From the IMG/VR virus record IMGVR_UViG_3300034121_001426, positions 1-61,396 of that record: DNA of 61,396 bases, one strand, 5' to 3'. Both the position numbers and the translations under genes were made by a program. Shown here in pieces: positions 59,639-61,396 of the stretch. This DNA comes from a virus (Duplodnaviria > Caudoviricetes). The notes under the pieces are model-generated. The model was not told the origin of the DNA, searched no databases, and saw nothing but the letters and a program-made list of their open reading frames with translations. Within the stretch, counting starts at the first letter, position 1, and the number at the start of each line of letters is the position of its first letter.

Positions 59639-60811
59639 TTATAGGGTAAACAGGCGTTGCCACCATTTTTTTTCAATCTTTGGTGCCGCTTGCAAACTGC
59701 TGGGATTGGTGACATTTGTATAACAATTATCGTCAGCTATCTTGATGTTGTATCCACCTGGCTGCACCAACACACCCCAGGTGAGATGGTTGTCACCTGG
59801 ACCAAAAAATTGATTGGCACTGATGATCATACTGTTGCCACTGGCTATTTCTATACCTACGGTTTGATCACCGTGCCGTTGATCTTCCTTGCTGAACGTG
59901 CACCCAATGACCTTGTTGTAGGCATTGAATTCACCTTCATATCGTATGCCTGTCCAATTGGGATAATTGGCACCGTCAAACCAACTGTTGGCATACAACA
60001 GGCAGTTAGCTACAACTCCCTGTTGTATATTCACACTGTGAATACACATGATACTTGCATTTATATGGCTGTCTGTGACAGTCAATTGTGGTTCTGACCC
60101 TTGATCTGCTCTGTGAACAATACCCTTTTGCACGCCCACGATATCAGTGTTGTGTACATAAACACCTTCAGTGCAACCTTCTGCTAGGATACCAGTTTTG
60201 CTTTCCAGGATCAGGCAGTCGCTGATCACAAAACTGGTACACTGCGCTTGCAAATGGATGGCTGATTGTGTTTGTTGGTCTGCTGGTGCATCACGTTCAC
60301 CATAAAAGTGCATGTTGCGTATGCGGCCATTGCGTGCGTTGGTGCAACTGATACCTTTGCTCCAGTATCCCAGTGGTCCACTAAACAAATCCTGGGTGAT
60401 GCGCACATCATGAACATTCACAGTGTTTTCTATGTTTTGATCAGTGGCATATTTAAAATCAAGAGCTGTGCCAGCATTGAGCTGTGTGGTCACCAGTCCA
60501 ATATCGCGAACTTCAAAATTGGGCAGGTGATTGGCTTGTAGACTGGTGCTGGTGAATGCAATCCCCAGTTGGCTGCCTTTCATGAACCTCAACACGCTGG
60601 TGTAACGTCCATCTCCATGAATGGAGAAATGTTGTTGTTGATCACATGCGGCTGTAATTTGTGAGTGTATGGCATAAGTTCCAGCTGGCACATACAATAC
60701 TCCTCCGCCAGCAGCGATGATCTGATTTATAGCTTTTTGAAATATTGCACTGTTGTCTGTTTGGCCGTCCGTGACAGCGCCTTGGGTTAGTATGTTGATT
60801 GATAAGGTCAC
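59639..60811 (-). CDS. Pectin-lyase-fold beta-helix protein
   Basis: GAVTDGQTDNSAIFQKAI, GGVLYVPAGTY; TAAATA upstream. Confidence 0.8.
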   Translation of the reverse strand: MTLSINILTQGAVTDGQTDNSAIFQKAINQIIAAGGGVLYVPAGTYAIHSQITAACDQQQHFSIHGDGRYTSVLRFMKGSQLGIAFTSTSLQANHLPNFEVRDIGLVTTQLNAGTALDFKYATDQNIENTVNVHDVRITQDLFSGPLGYWSKGISCTNARNGRIRNMHFYGERDAPADQQTQSAIHLQAQCTSFVISDCLILESKTGILAEGCTEGVYVHNTDIVGVQKGIVHRADQGSEPQLTVTDSHINASIMCIHSVNIQQGVVANCLLYANSWFDGANYPNWTGIRYEGEFNAYNKVIGCTFSKEDQRHGDQTVGIEIASGNSMIISANQFFGPGDNHLTWGVLVQPGGYNIKIADDNCYTNVTNPSSLQAAPKIEKKWWQRLFTL

Positions 60812-60870
60812 CGTGATTTTCCTGCATGAGTTTGCAATTATTTATCGCATGCAGGATTATCAATGATGGA

Positions 60871-61083
60871 TCACTCAGTGAGTGGCGTGAAAACCGCAAC
60901 CAGAATGTGGAAACCCTGTTGTCCACGTGTGTAGCAGCATATCACTATGGGATTGTGCAAGTGAACATGAATCATTAGACTGCGGTATCTGCTGGCCCAC
61001 CTGAGGTCCCTGCTAAATGAACAGGGTTGGTGGAACTCTTGCTGGGATTGATTTAAGGATGGTTCATGATCTAATCCAAGGGC
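60871..61083 (-). pseudogene. Degraded copy of the 57244-57528 gene
   Basis: Shared ggttcatgatcta(g/a)tccaagg and ggattgtgcaagtgaacatg (IHVHLHNP); early stop. Confidence 0.65.
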
Positions 61084-61190
61084 TTGAAATGTTTTTGTTT
61101 TCTCGGATGGTGACATTGGTTGGCTACTGGTAATGGATAACCCACTTCTGCTTGCCATGTGGTTCAACTTCTGTTGCACTCATTGCTACT

Positions 61191-61396
61191 CTAACCCCAG
61201 GTCAGTTGAAATTGAGTCTGGATTGCTGAGTCCCAGGGCCATGTACCATCAATTTTCTGCATCCATGCAACGATTTGATTGGTCATGTTCTTGCCATCAA
61301 CATACCACTCCTGCGATCTATCTGCATGTATCACAGCAGGCCCATCCAATCGATGTAGTTGGCCATCAACATACCACTCCTGCGATCTATCTGCAT
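61191..61396 (-). CDS. Third HRLDGPA-repeat protein (5' end beyond window)
   Basis: 69-bp repeat; ends VAWMQKIDGTWPWDSAIQTQFQLTWG*. Confidence 0.75.
   Translation of the reverse strand, partial: ADRSQEWYVDGQLHRLDGPAVIHADRSQEWYVDGKNMTNQIVAWMQKIDGTWPWDSAIQTQFQLTWG

Noticed and set aside
17917-61396. Diversity-generating retroelement acting on the repeat genes
   Set aside because: No reverse transcriptase in the window and differences are not adenine-specific
1-61396. Stop-codon reassignment; tRNA or rRNA genes
   Set aside because: Conserved genes are full length in code 11 using all three stops; no tRNA cloverleaf or rRNA was recognised by eye

Overview
61 kb of a large T4-like (jumbo) myovirus genome; the host is probably a proteobacterium (inference). 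Most genes are on the minus strand. There are two promoter classes: sigma70-like TTGACA-N17-(TGC)TATAAT early promoters ahead of small accessory genes, and T4-like TAAATA late promoters. Contents include a beta-propeller virion protein, a lysis cassette (GH19 endolysin, two spanins, holin), rIIA/rIIB, agmatinase, RlpA, ClpP-like, ClpS, ClpX, sHSP, bS21, IF-3, CreA, QueD, dUTPase, PurM, PyrG and PurN. A late-promoter operon encodes CsgF, CsgG, a curlin, FecR, a PA14/curlin protein and a CHASE2 nucleotide cyclase. Three intact free-standing homing endonucleases and one remnant all converge on gene 3' ends; two carry a recoded 3' end of their target gene and leave the displaced original end behind. 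Also present are two damaged IS200/IS605 tnpB elements, two ~50-bp minimal end-fusion elements, three HRxDGPA-repeat genes and a paralog family of ADP-ribosyltransferase-like late proteins. Two promoter-driven ORF-poor hairpin-rich regions (~350 and ~470 nt) are candidate novel large ncRNAs. All calls come from motif recognition by eye; no database searches were run.
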